The position numbers were made by a program, and so were the translations under genes. A stretch of 63,400 nucleotides of DNA, filler included, from Bipalium vagum (taxonomy: Eukaryota): assembly GCA_037834085.1 (NCBI GenBank). It is 3 parts of 3 records of this genome, joined end to end, with 100 filler letters (N's around TTAATTAATTAA, not from the genome) between each part and the next. Parts side by side here need not be neighbours in the genome. Positions count along the whole stretch, not along the records: positions 22,061 to 47,592 come from JBBMKC010189848.1; positions 47,693 to 63,400 come from JBBMKC010150483.1; 1 more part is not named here. One strand, 5' to 3'. The notes below the pieces were generated by a model, which ran no database searches, was not told the DNA's origin, and was given only the letters and a program-made list of their open reading frames with translations. Positions 42,080 through 55,134 of the stretch are shown here, one piece after another (position 1 is the stretch's first letter; each line of letters starts with the position of its first letter).

Positions 42080-43090
42080 TTTCAACATCTGTTTTCAAGC
42101 GAGTCCGATGTGAGACAATATCTTTAAAGCCATAACACATACTCTACATGGTTTAAAGGTATTGATATCGTTGAAGACTACCTTACTTTAGATTTATCCT
42201 ATATCGGCAAGAGTGAAAAAAAATCAATTTCCTCTTTTATTGGAAAACTTTTAACAAAATATCTAGTGCTTGATCCTGTTGTTTCAACTGTCTTGGTTTG
42301 CACATCTCCTGTGCTTGTTCCTCGAAACGTTGTGGTTTATATTCTCCGTTCTGATGCGTTTCTCCACTCGTGCTCCTCATCGTTTCGCTCGTACTCATCC
42401 TCGTTCTCGATGTAGTTGTGGCCTTGTGATTCCGTTTCATTTCTCCACTTGTACTTGTTGTCCGTATCATAGCGGGTTTGATTCCATGTCTTTTTCTCCT
42501 TGTATTCCTTGTAATCTTCTGTTGTGCGTTTGGTTCTTCTTTGAACATTTTATCATCTCCGTTTCTTCTATTTCCTTCTCGAGATTCTCCAAGTTTTCGT
42601 ACTGGCAATCCTTAAATGTTGACCACAATAGGGTACTAAAACGTCTGTGTGCCGTCAATGCTCGCCATCCACATTTCTGAGTAAATGCTGATTCTTCATC
42701 ATCCATGTTTACAATTCCAATTTCGTAAGTGGAATTAAACCATATTATCAATAATTCCACTATTCGGTATCCATACCATTGTCGATCTCTTGGTCCTAAA
42801 AAGATGACTTTGAGCTGTGCAATCTCCTTATATATATATATATTCTTATATATTCTCCTTGAAACTATACGGAGACACTCCCGTCCATTTTGGACGTATT
42901 CCGCTTTAATGCCAATACACTGAATCACTAGCCGCATTGGTTTTCCTGTTATCCAGATTATTGATTTTTCTATCCCAAATATTATCTTCATTATGAATGG
43001 TAGCCAAAACCGTCTTGATGGTTTAACACTTGCTACCAGGTTCTTCTGCTCTCTGGATCGTAACGGGTATCGTTCCTTTGCCTGTTCCAC
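42080..43090 (-). pseudogene. Env-like extra coding region downstream of Gypsy integrase
   Basis: Frame continues after RYPLRSR; Cys/Trp-containing segment with an NST sequon; after a frameshift, RRTKR then NQT, NET, NAS sequons. Confidence 0.5.
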
Positions 43091-43199
43091 TCATTTCTTG
43101 CATCGATTAGCGTGGATTATAAATGATGATCCTGATTTCCTAGTGCTCACTAGCGATAGATTAGTTAGTGTCACTTTTTCTATCTCTGAAGTTTCGGCA

Positions 43200-46140
43200 T
43201 TTTTCCTCTTATTGGTTCTGGTGTCTCAACTATCGATTTATCACCAATTCTGAAATTATGCTCTTGAAGTCTCTCCTGCATAATGACTTTATAATCTTCT
43301 TATAAATACTTTGAGATCGGTTTCACAAATTCCAAGTCAATAGGCATGTTGTTATTTCTCAAATACATCAGGTAAAATGGTGTTTCTCCTGTTGCTGTAT
43401 GGACTGTGTTTCTATACGCAAACAAACATGAGGATATATGAACGTCCCAATCCGTCTGGTGTTTGTTCTTATGTAACGATAACATGTTAAGCAACATACC
43501 ATTAAACCGTTCTACTAAAACATCTGTTTGTGGTCTGTATGGTGATAGCAAACAATTCGCAAATTTCCTTGATTAAGTCACTCATGAAATTGGTTCCTCT
43601 GTCCGTTAAAAGTTTTCTCGGTGCTCTAAATCTGAAAACTATTTCTTTCACAAAGATTTTTGCTATAGTTGCCGCTCTCTGATTTTTCATCACATATGCC
43701 TCTGGCCACTTCGTAAAATAATCGCATTAAACTATTATAAACCTATTTCCCGATATTGTTTCTGGCAATGACCCAACTGTTGAGTTTCTGGAGCAATAAT
43801 AATGATTTCGAGTTGGTAATAATAATAAGAAGGATTTTTAAATATATATATCATTTTAAAGCTCTTGAAAAGGTAAATCTATTTAGCATAGTCATTTTAT
43901 TTTTATCTATTTTTAATGTCAAATTTTATGATGTAGAACGAGTACTTATCCAGATGAGACAAGGGGAATTATCCAGAGATGCTCAATCTGGCGAAGAAGA
44001 CAAGACTGTGTGAGCAACAATCAGACGAGTGAATATGGTGGACTCAAGAGAAACAATCAGAACGCAGATGAGGAAATAGAACTAATCAAGAAGTGCATGG
44101 AAGGAAATATTCCGGAGGATTTGGAAAAAAATTGGGGAAAAGTTAAAGGACAAATTTAAAACAAAGAAAGGCATATTATATTTTAGTAAAAATCAAGAGC
44201 CATGTTACTTGATACCTAGTAAAGACCGAGAACCAATTATGATGCACTACCACGATGGAGCGTTAGGAGGTCATTTATGCCATATAATATGCCTTTCTTT
44301 GTTTTAAATTTGTCCTTTAACTTTTCCCCAATTTTTTTCCAAATCCTCCGGAATATTTCCTTCCATGCACTTCTTGATTAGTTCTATTTCCTCATCTGCG
44401 TTCTGATTGTTTCTCTTGAGTCCACCATATTCACTCGTCTGATTGTTGCTCACACAGTCTTGTCTTCTTCTCCAAATTGAGCATCTTCTCTGGATAATTC
44501 CTCTTGTCTCATCCGGGATAGAGTATCGGCGTTTGCATTGGCCTTTCCTTTTCGATACCGAATTTCTATATCGTATTCCTGTAATATTAAGGCTCATCGG
44601 ATAAGTCAATTTGCCGTATCCATGTTTTTCAATAGCCATTTTAAGGGACTGTGGTCTGTAAATAAGATAGTTTTCCGTCCCCTCAAATAGTGTCTGAACT
44701 TCTTTACTGCAAACACTATCGCCAAGGCTTGTTTCTCGATCGTCGCGTAATTAAGCTCGTGTTTCTTCAATCCACTACTGACGTAGGCTATGACATGATC
44801 TTTTTCACCTTCTGCCTGTTGCGCTAGCACTGGTCCAACTGCGTAACCACTAGTGTCCGTCATTAATAGAAAAGATTTCGTCATGTCTGGATACCGCAAT
44901 ACTGGCTCTCAAATTAGCTGTTCTTTCAATTGTTCAAAAGCCTTCTGTTGTTCTTCTCCCCACATAAATTTATCAGTTTGTTTCTCTAATATATTCAATC
45001 GCTTCTCTCGTTTGGCTTTTCTTTTCATTGCTTTCGTCTCTCCCTTCAACAAATCATTCAAGGGTGTCGCTATTTTGGCATAATTCTTAATGAATCTTCT
45101 ATAATATCCTGCCAATCCTAGAATTCTCTAACTTCTCTAGTATTTCGAGGTATCTCAAATTTCTCTACTTTGCTCACATTTTCCAGATCTTGTCTAATTC
45201 CTGATCCTGACACTATATGGTCCACGTATTTTACTTCACTCTTTGCCCATACACATTTGGTGGGTTTCACTTTCAAACCTTCAACTTTAAGTCTTTGCAA
45301 TACTGCGTTAATTGAAAATATAATAATATCGTCTAAATAAATTACAGCATGTTCGACATCCATCAAAATCAACTTCATTAATCGCTGAAATGTTTCCGGA
45401 GCTCCCTTTAATTCAAATGGCATTTTATTGTACTGATACAATCCTTTACTCGTCACAAAAACCGTGATTTCCTCACTTTCTTCATCCATGGCTACTCGAT
45501 TGTATCCTTTTTGTAGATCCATCACAGTGAATATCGTGGATATCTTAATCTTGTGGAACATTATTTCGATAACCGGTATAGAATATGTATCTTTCCTTGT
45601 TACTTCATTCACCTTCCTGTAGTCGATACACATTCGAATACTGTTTCCGCCCTTGGTGGCAATAGCAAATTTTCATTTAATATGGTGTCATTTACTGCTC
45701 TTCGTTTTCCTCTGCTTCATTCGAGCGTTATATACTAGAATTCCTAATTTAGTTATCTCCTCTTTATCCAATTCTCGTTCTTGTAGTCTTTCTTCTGGTG
45801 ACTCACTTACTGCTGTTTCTTCAACTGGTATTTCATCTTACACAAAACCATCTAGCGCTGGACATATTTGAGCACGAAATCCCGTAAATGATGTATATCT
45901 CACGGGTACCATTGGTAAATTTCTGTTTATGTTCAGATATTCTCCTCCAGATGGTGCTGTCGGTGCCGCTTTCTTCTTCTTTTTCATATTTGGTTCGAGA
46001 AAAATACTGATTCCCCTTCCCCACTGCTCAACAAAGTATTGTCTTTCCTCACTACTACCTGTACTTCATCATCGGGTTTCTCTAGTCTCTTTTCATGAAA
46101 TACCTTTTTGACTTTTGTTAATTTTTTGTCATGATGATGA
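43200..46140 (-). mobile_element. pol: Ty3/Gypsy pol pseudogene (RT - RNase H - integrase)
   Basis: CIDYRKVN, DLQKGY, MPF.LKGAP.TFQR, YLDDIIIFS; RNase H TDTSGYAVG..LAQ, NYATIEKQALA, TDHSPL; integrase LLTDRGTNF, SPYRPQTD..VERFN; domain order is Gypsy. Confidence 0.95.
43943..44525. repeat. ~240-bp inverted duplication of pol sequence with a 100-bp spacer
   Basis: 43943-44181 is the near-perfect reverse complement of 44282-44525. Confidence 0.95.
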
Positions 46141-46199
46141 ATAATGACAAATTTCGCTAAAATGGTAAACATGCCATAATTAGCCGCCAAGTAAATCCA

Positions 46200-47592
46200 A
46201 TGGTTCGGTACAACTGTGGAGACTCCCAAGCCCGGTTCCAAGTTCAGTCCCAAATTCAGTCTCAAATTCTCGAGAAAACAATAAATGTCAATATAGTGAT
46301 CTGAAAAACATTTTAATGTTTTTGTTTTTTATGTTATTTTTATATATTTGTGTTTTTGTGTCGTTTATAAGTATAATTTTATTTTTATGTAAACAGTTTT
46401 TATTTTTATTTAAAGTTAAAACTCAGAGTTTAATAAATTTCCTTCCTATCTATTTAAAATATAAAATATAAAAAATTATTATTATAATTATAAATTAAAA
46501 AATAATCATTTTGATGATTAATTTATAAAACAATTGGAAAAAATTGTTTAGTAATTTAAAGTTACTATAAATAATTTTATAGTAAAAAATTTTAAGGTGA
46601 ATTCTAAAAATAGTTACATAAATTTACTATTATTAAAAATACAAAAAAAATAATATAAATACTGAAGTGTTTCAGCACCAAAACAAAAAATAAACAGGAA
46701 GACAGTTTAAAAGAATCACTCAGACAAGACAAAACCCGACGAATTCCAGAAGAATTCAGTAACCAAGGACGAAAAATATTCGGAACTCTACGAACAATAC
46801 TCGGAACTCGTCGAACACTATTCAGACGAAAATAAGCCAGACGGAAATAATCAGACAATAATCTCAGGGTCCAGTTTCAAGGAGAAAGCTTCAACTCTTA
46901 GTAAATTATTTCATTGTGATGAGTTTATTAGATTTGACTAAAAATCTAAATAGACCTTTATTATTATTAAATTAAATAAAAATAAAATAAATTTTGGGTT
47001 TCACACTGGTCACAGGTGACCCGATAACCTATTAAAAATAGTGATTAAAAAACAAAATTAAAACCTATAATTTGATTACGAATCATAAGTTAATAATTAA
47101 ATTAAATAAATACTAAGAATTGGACAGCTACTCCAATACCTTAGGATCAAATAATTGATATCTTTTTTCTTACTTCCCAGAATTTTATTTTTTTGTGTTC
47201 TTCACGCCTAGTAGGACGGAGAAACGAATTTTTAACTGAGGACCCTTGAGAGTAAGATACCGAAGGGTGAATTGACTTTTCTCTTAACTCCTTATCTCTG
47301 GTTTTAACTCCAAAGTAAAATTGTACTAAAAGATAAAGTTGTCAGATTTATATCAAATATATTTTATAAAAAAATTTGTTAACTCAGTTGATCGATTAAA
47401 AGTTTATCGTTTATCATTTTAATACTTACAAAGTTTTGCAATCAATATTTGTTAAAAAGTTTAAGAGATTTAAAGTTTGTAATGAACATTTTTATTGTCA
47501 CTCAAATTTTAACTTTACGCGCACTAAATCCTTCTGAATTTGCATATATTTTATGTTAAGTTCCTAAAAAGTCCACTATCGATATTCTTAAC
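46200..47592 (+). mobile_element. LTR plus 5' leader of another LTR element, opposite orientation, cut by the gap
   Basis: TATAAATA, 21-bp tandem repeats (AATAYTCGGAACTC..CGAAC), AATAAA, ...TCACA-C-TGGT junction at ~47000, leader motif homologous to 50500-50645. Confidence 0.45.
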
Positions 47593-47692
47593 NNNNNNNN
47601 NNNNNNNNNNNNNNNNNNNNNNNNNNNNNNNNNNNNTTAATTAATTAANNNNNNNNNNNNNNNNNNNNNNNNNNNNNNNNNNNNNNNNNNNN
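47593..47692. other. Assembly gap with TTAATTAATTAA linker
   Basis: Direct reading. Confidence 0.97.
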
Positions 47693-48441
47693 TTAATATT
47701 CATCTCAGCTCTTCTCGCTTTCTGTAATAGTTCATCCATGTCTTTGTAATCTGCTAATCCTAATGCTGCCCTCAATGGATGTAACAGTCCTATGAAAAAC
47801 TGGTCCTCAACAATCTTCTTTATTGTCTCAGTCCACTGAACCTTCAGTCCAAAAGCTCTCTGAGCTAACAACTCAATCTGGAAAGCATATTCTCCTACCG
47901 GCTCATCTATTCTTTGCTTTCTTTGATGGAACATTTGCCTATTTACCCTGATTATGTCCCCTGGAATCAACTTCTTAGTCAACTCTGTAACCACTTCGGC
48001 CCAACTCTTATTATTCACATTAATATCATAGTAAGCACTTCTCACCATTCCACTCAAATGAATTGGCAATCTTTTCACCATTCGAACCTCATCATATCAT
48101 AATGTCTCTGCTACCTGTCTATATTCAGCCATGAAATCCGCAAACTCTGTTGGCTCTCCACTAAAAACTCTAACTGGTAATTTCACTAACTCGTAATCCA
48201 TTCTTGATTTTTCTTTAACTTCTATATCAAGTTTCGTATTAGCTTCTGATTCTTCTTCTTGACTAAGCTCTTCTGTATTTTCCTGTTTTTCCTTTTCTTC
48301 CAAAAAGGTTCTAAGTATCCTCGTTGAACTCCTTGTCAATACTCTTGGTGTATCTACAACTGATTTTCTCCCACTCGCCAGACTATATTCCTGAAATTCT
48401 AAAACAAACAAACGTTCAACTTTATCAATGGGGAATGTCAA
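47693..48441 (-). mobile_element. gag: Gypsy gag pseudogene
   Basis: PVRVFSGEPTEFADF; RKQRIDEPVGEYAFQI (major homology region); EDQFFIGL; one in-frame stop at ~48097. Confidence 0.85.
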
Positions 48442-48699
48442 TTCCCTTTTAGCTTGATAATTCTAAATAGGTCCCTCCTTGCGGACCCTGATCTAATCTT
48501 GGCAATTTAGGTTCACCATTGTCAAGATTAGATCCTTTTTTGGAAATAATTAATTGCCACTTTTTTTATTTGGATGTACTTTTGAATTAATTAATTAACT
48601 ATTATTATTATTAATTTATGTCTGAACCTCTTGCGGTCTTAATAATTAATTTATAATAACCAATCTAAACTCTATTGCGGCCTCTACCATACTTCTACT

Positions 48700-48975
48700 T
48701 CTATCCAACATAATTATAACTGTCTATTAATACTTTTAGGATTTTTTGAATCTCAGATTCCGAAATTAAGTAATGGTGAATTTCGAGTAATTATGCTTCA
48801 CGAATTTAAACGTGGCTATAATGCAAGAGAAGCAACATGAATTATTAACCAAGGATGGGGAGAAGATTCGGTTTCGGAATGCTCTGCTCGTCTTTGGTTC
48901 CAAAGATTTTCTGATCGTGATATAAGTCTTGGAAATGTGAATCGTGGTCAACCCGATTCTAAGGTGGATGATCAT
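48700..48975 (+). mobile_element. Mariner 5' fragment, same family as 31519-32727
   Basis: LSNGEFRVIMLHEFKRG...WFQRFSDRDISL...RGQP; nucleotide similarity to the reverse complement of ~32370-32600. Confidence 0.8.
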
Positions 48976-49699
48976 TTATCATTGTTTTACTGTCACTTTG
49001 TAATAGAACAATTAACTTTAATGTGACTATTTTGAATCATTGTCATAAGAGAACATTATAACATAGTTTAAACCTCAAGGTTACTTATATATATTATTTT
49101 ATATATAATTTTTTAAGACCCATAATCGATCATGGTTTTCATCTTTTAATATAAGTATTAGATTCATCTGATATTGTGTCGCAGTCTGATGAGGGTTGCT
49201 GACAAATATTATTTGATGATTTGTGATTCTGGTATGATTGCATAAAGTTTTAGACTTAAGTTTTATTTGACTTCAAGGTATTGTTGGGTTCAGGAATACA
49301 GCCAATAAGGATTTAGCGAGCTTTGTTAAAAATGTTAACGCCAAAAATGATTACTTCGATCAGTTACCCTTGTTAAATAAGAATTAAAATATTATTACCT
49401 TACCTATTTGTTCCATTTATAAATTTGATTCTCCAATTATTTCAACAAAGCAGGTAACTATTGATTTATTTTTGAATTTTTTTTCAGTCACCAAGATTAA
49501 AATCTATTTTAGTACACAGGGTTCTTTTTCAGGTTTCGATTTGTGAACCCAATATATTTTCTAATCTCTTAATCAATATTTCTCTGAATAAACACCTTTA
49601 TTATATTGATATATATGGCTACAAATTTAGTGGTTCTAATTATTTAATTTTGTTAAAATTACTTAATTTTTCAGATTTTTTCCTATCAGTTGTTGTAAA

Positions 49700-52600
49700 A
49701 TCCTTTTCGGTTTGAATAATAATCTTTGGTACCTCCAATCGTTTTACATTTTTAATATTTACATTACAAAGCCCACTCGAAAACCTGACTTAAAAATAAA
49801 TGTTCACTACGGTCCAAGACAAGTAAGTCAAGAGACTTTTATTCAATCGTATCCCAAAGGTATCAATCAAAATCACGATTTGTCAATAGTCTACACCAGA
49901 CGTCCCAAGATCAAATAAAACTATCGAAATGTAAACAATGATTGATCTACGTGATCGACTTGATTAAATCGTTGGAGAAATAAGTAGATGAATAATACGA
50001 AGAAATAAGAAAAACTTAAAGAAAAGATAATCTAAGCATGTCCAAATCCATTACTGGTCTATTCAGACCTTTAATTGTTGTCCACTGTCAACAACGAGCT
50101 CGGGAGTCAAGGATAAATCCATACTCATGCCATATTAAATAGTATATTGATTTCCGGATTCACAAAACCCTATTCGTGTCTTTACCACCATAACATATTT
50201 GTATGAAAGTGTTTGGTTATAATAAAACTATAAGTTCACAATAATAATAATAATAATATAAATAATAATAATAATAATATTAATATTAAGATCCTAAATG
50301 TTATAGATGATGGAGCTTATTAGATCTTAACGGCGAAGGTTGCTTTATATTATTGTTGTGAAAATATTTAAAATAATAAAGTTTAAATCGATTAAAAATG
50401 ACTAAATCGAAATCAAGTTTTTCAAAATTATATTTTATATCAAAAAAGGATTTTATGGTGAATTATCATTTTAGGGTTAGCTTTTAGATTGGGGTTAAAC
50501 AGCCCTCTCGCTCTTAGGCTCAGAGGTCCTCTAATAGGAAAAACAATTTAACTCACCGCCCTACTTAGCGTGTGAGTTAAAAACAAAAACGAAAATAGAA
50601 AAAGAAACGGAAAGACAAAAAATTAGATGATCCTCAGGTCCTGGTCAGAGAATTTATTTACAACACAACTTAATCGATTCGAAAAATATAATGTTTATTA
50701 AAACTTTACCTTAACTAAAGACAAGTTAAAAATTTAATCGATTTGAAAGAAAGTTGTGGTTATTTAAAACTTTGTCTTAACTGTAAGACAAGGTAAAGTT
50801 ATTTAAAATTTATTTGACAATCGATGCTAAAAAATAATAATAATTACTATTATTATTATTATACTACTTAAATTAAGACAAGTTACGAACAATTAAAGAT
50901 TGAATTAAAACACGTAAAAGAAAACTTGTGGCATATATTACTTTGTCTTACGCTAAGACAAGTTAGAAACCAGTGGTTGCAAGGTTTGTCGTAGACTGAT
51001 TGTATTCAGGTTCGTAGGTGAATCGTAGTCGAATTCGAAGATGGATCAAAGTCGGGTGGATCGTATTTGGATTCGTATATTGATATTTTTCTCTTTTTTG
51101 CTGTGAGTTGAGAATTTGTGGCTATGGCTTTTATACTAATATTCTTAGATTTGATCTCTGAAGATTTATTACTGCTGTCACTTTGGGTTGTGGATGTTGA
51201 TAAGAATGCCACTGGAGTCTTTTTGATTAATTGTTTAATTTCTGCTTTCTTTGGTAGCTGATTATTTGTGCTCCCATTTGATAAATTATCAGGGCTTTTA
51301 TATAAATTTGTGTATAATAAAATTTATTTTTAATTATTATTAATTACTAAATATACACTTATTATATTTTTTATACTATTTTTAATTTTTATATCTCCTT
51401 TTTTTGTTTTTAGTAACCCTATATTACTTTATATATATTTATTAAATAAATTAAAATATTTTATTTATTTATTCTGTTATTTAAAAAGCGAAATCCAGAA
51501 TATCCTCACCCGGAGCGACAAGGAGTCCCCGGATCGTGCTCTACGTCTTTTTCAGGTCACCTAGGGATTCCAAAACTCGTTTGGTCTCATTGTAAAATCC
51601 TTTTCTATTTTCATCCTGAGCATAAATTAAATTACCAAAATTCTCTGCTCTTCTGACAGAATAATTCTTCTTGATCGGTATGTACTTTACACAAATAAAT
51701 TTTCCAACATCTTCGAATGTCGAATATTTGCTTTTGTAGGCCCATTTCTATGAATAATCATCTCTTTATATAGTCGTAAAGATTGGTCTACGATCACCAA
51801 TCCCTAGTCTTAGAAACGGCTATTTTCCCTAAAAGCCATTAATCAAACTTTATCCCCACGCCGAGATAGAGATTGATAAAAAAAATTAATTGAAACTAAT
51901 TTTCAAATCAGTTCTGTCATGAAAGTTTACATCATCGAATAAATTTTAGAAATTATTTGTCATTGTTTGTTTTGTCCGCTTCGCCAATCAGCCAATACTG
52001 AGACAGAGATAAATGTAAAGCAAATTTGGAGTCATATAAGAGTTCGAGATAAAATAAGACTTGGGTAACACTCATCTGAATATTAGCAATGATAGTAAAC
52101 ATATTAAATATTTCTTTCCAAACAATTTATTGATTGCCTAGTTCTCGGTCGTAAGAGTGCTTAAGGAAACTTAGTTATTTCTTTTTACCCTAATGGGGAT
52201 TTTTGTGCTCATCAAATTTAAGCAGCACCGAAAGCTGCTTGAATAATCCTTTTGAATGTCGTCTAATGCTGCTCTTACACACTACGTGATTTTCCATGAA
52301 ATGGTATTAGTTAATTGAGGTTATTCCATTTCTTTTCTGTAGGAATAGCTACCGTGATTACTTGTATTTCTTGAAAAGGGCGAATAAGATAAGTTTCCAA
52401 CTAAGAGTTCTAAAATTAAAATTTAAAAGGTGCTAGAAAATGTCAATTTAAAACAAAACCCCGAAAAAAAATTCTGATGATGTGACATTTATTATTGTTT
52501 CGTTGTTGATCAATGAGGCTGGTCACCCTATTTCTGCATGAGACGGTTCATTTTGTTTGGTGATATTGATTATTGTAAATTTGTCTTTGATTCTTGAATT

Positions 52601-54560
52601 TATTCATTTATATTATTCTATTACTAATTTCTTTTGTTTAACGGCATTGGTATCGATTAATGATTATCATTACCGGTTTTCGTTTTCGTTACAATTATTA
52701 GTATTTGGTCCGTTGCATTTGTTTAGAGTTGACGTTATGCTTGCGAAGCATAGACGTATTGTGGGTACTGTTTTCAGAGATGTTGAGTAACTTATAATTG
52801 ACGTGCGGGATATTTTGTGATTAGTGTTGACATATAATAGATATTAATGTTTTTGTATGTTTTTTGATTTATCTATAAAATTAATATTGAATCTAACCCT
52901 GAAAAGTCAGATTAGGATACTTGGATAATATTAAAATATTAACATGAGGACTGTTGGTGACTGACCTGAAAGCCATGGATCGGCAAACCTTGAGAAACTT
53001 TGGAAGATCCCAAAAAAGCAAAGGGCATTGATTCCGGCATCTAAAATGAGAATTCCTACCAATGAATTATTACTATTTTTATAAATTATTTATTATTATT
53101 ATTGATTATCGTTAATTAGTTATTATAATTAATTATAATAATTATTTTTGTTCTTATTATGATTACAACTTTTAATTATGGACGGCACCCTAAAATCGAC
53201 TGTTATGGTCATTATTCTTCTACGGGTATCTTGAAAAACCTCGAAAATTCATAAATCTTTCCTAATTAATTAAATTTCTTTTAATGCAAGATTTAACTAA
53301 TAAAAATAATAAAATTTTATGTTCTTACAGCAATAAAAACATTGAAAAATCTAAATGATTTTTTTAAAATTCGGCCGATATAAAGCACATGTTTTAAAGG
53401 AAAAATAATTTTTTTAAAAATTTTGTTGCGAAATATAAAAATTGTTGAGCTTTTAAATTTTATTTCAACTTCAGTTTCTGGGTTTTTTGTTTTTAAGTTA
53501 CTTTGTTACTCTTCATCTTTTTAGTCGAGATTATTTCATTAATTTTCTGTTTATATTATATATAAGTAATTTAGTATATAATGATAATATAAATTATATA
53601 ATAATAATAATAATAATAATAATATAATTAACAATAATAATTTATAATAATGTCATTTAATTATATAATAACTATATAAAGTTCTGAAAAAAATTATGTG
53701 CACACCCAAATAATATCACAAAATAATAGAAAAATTGATATTTACGTATTTTTATACAAAATATCGAAACACATTTTCGTCAATGCTTTCAAAATAATGA
53801 TTTACAGCTTCATGAACCTCTTCTGTTTTAGAAAAGCCAAGAAGAATTTTCAACTTTGGGAACAGGTGAAAATCAGAGGGACTCAAATCAGGTAAAAATG
53901 GAAGATGTTGAAGAAGTTCGTAATTTCAATATTCAAAAATACCAAATTCACTGACCATTGCATAAACTGGAAAAAAAATCATATCTATTTGTTAATATTC
54001 ACATAAATATTAGCAATACTGAATTTAATTCCGACTCCAAATTCCAAAATGATGGTTCGATCGAATCAATTTATTCACCACAAAAGAAAAATCACTTCGT
54101 AATAATTTTACTTTGAATCAATTCGCTTTTGTCCTTGTTCTCGGCTTAATTTAATTTTTGTTCTGTTCGAATTTGTCCTCTTGCTTCAATTTTGTTCTGG
54201 CTTTGTCCTGCTAAATTTTTTATTCTGCTGTGGAAAATCTGGTAGCTGCCTATATACTCTCCAGTTTTCCTCCATTGATCAATCACTATTCATAGCAGGG
54301 ATATTTTCCCTCTTTTGATTTTGCATAGGCAGAAACCCGGAGCCTTCAATTACCCAGATCAACCGATCTTAGTCGTCTGAGCTAAATAATTGATTCTGTT
54401 GCTGCTCTCAGTACAAAGCCTCACAAGCTCTTCATCTCTGCGTGGCCCATCCGCTTCCCTTTTCCATTAAGATAATGACAATCCGGGAGCTCTAATTATT
54501 CAACTCGACCCAAACATGTTCGCCAAATCTGAATAATTAAATGAATTAGATTTCCTAAAA
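49700..54560 (-). repeat. Nest of LTR/leader remnants upstream of gag
   Basis: Several minus-strand TATA boxes (~51300, ~51767, ~54252) and motifs shared with 2.36 kb, 27.4 kb and 47.2 kb; internal boundaries unresolved. Confidence 0.45.
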
Positions 54561-55134
54561 ATTCTCAATGAAATCAATAATTTCTTTTTTAATATGAAAA
54601 AGTGGTAATTATAATTTACCATATGCTATAATTTTATTGTTATCCTATTAACACAAAAATAATTAACCAAAATAATATATAATATTATCGTTATGATAAA
54701 AAAAATTAAGTAAAATATAACTTTCTAAATAAAGACTCCAATTTTATAGTTGAAACAGTATCAGAAAATATCTAATTTTTTCCATCAATATATTCCTGAA
54801 ATTCCAGAACAACAGCGATAATTTATTGTTGCGATCGATAATATCTACTGCCAAGTAAGCATATTCCTATTGCTTTTCTTTTACCAATGCATGATTAGTA
54901 AACGTCTGATCAAGTCACACAATATTGAACACACCTACTCACAAATAGACACAGGCATAATTTTGATTTTCCGAAAAATATCCAATCAAATAACTCCTCC
55001 TCCAATTACTCACCACACACACGCACCGACGAAAGAGACACAAACACGTCTCTCCGTCCCAAACGGATACATCCGGTTGTCGGACTCCCTACCATTCTCC
55101 AAGTTTCAGCACCAATACACGCAAATCTCAACAC

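Noticed and set aside
42270-42680. 136-aa plus-strand ORF
   Set aside because: Antisense shadow of the purine-rich env-like region
46222-46269. Twister-like CCCAAGCCCGG
   Set aside because: Part of a degenerate 4 x 12-bp tandem repeat; no twister stems
50670-50967. CRISPR-like array
   Set aside because: Repeats degenerate, linkers related to each other, eukaryotic context, no cas genes
51768-51825. Hammerhead ribozyme call
   Set aside because: CUGAnGA core and stem II absent in both copies; kept only as a structural observation
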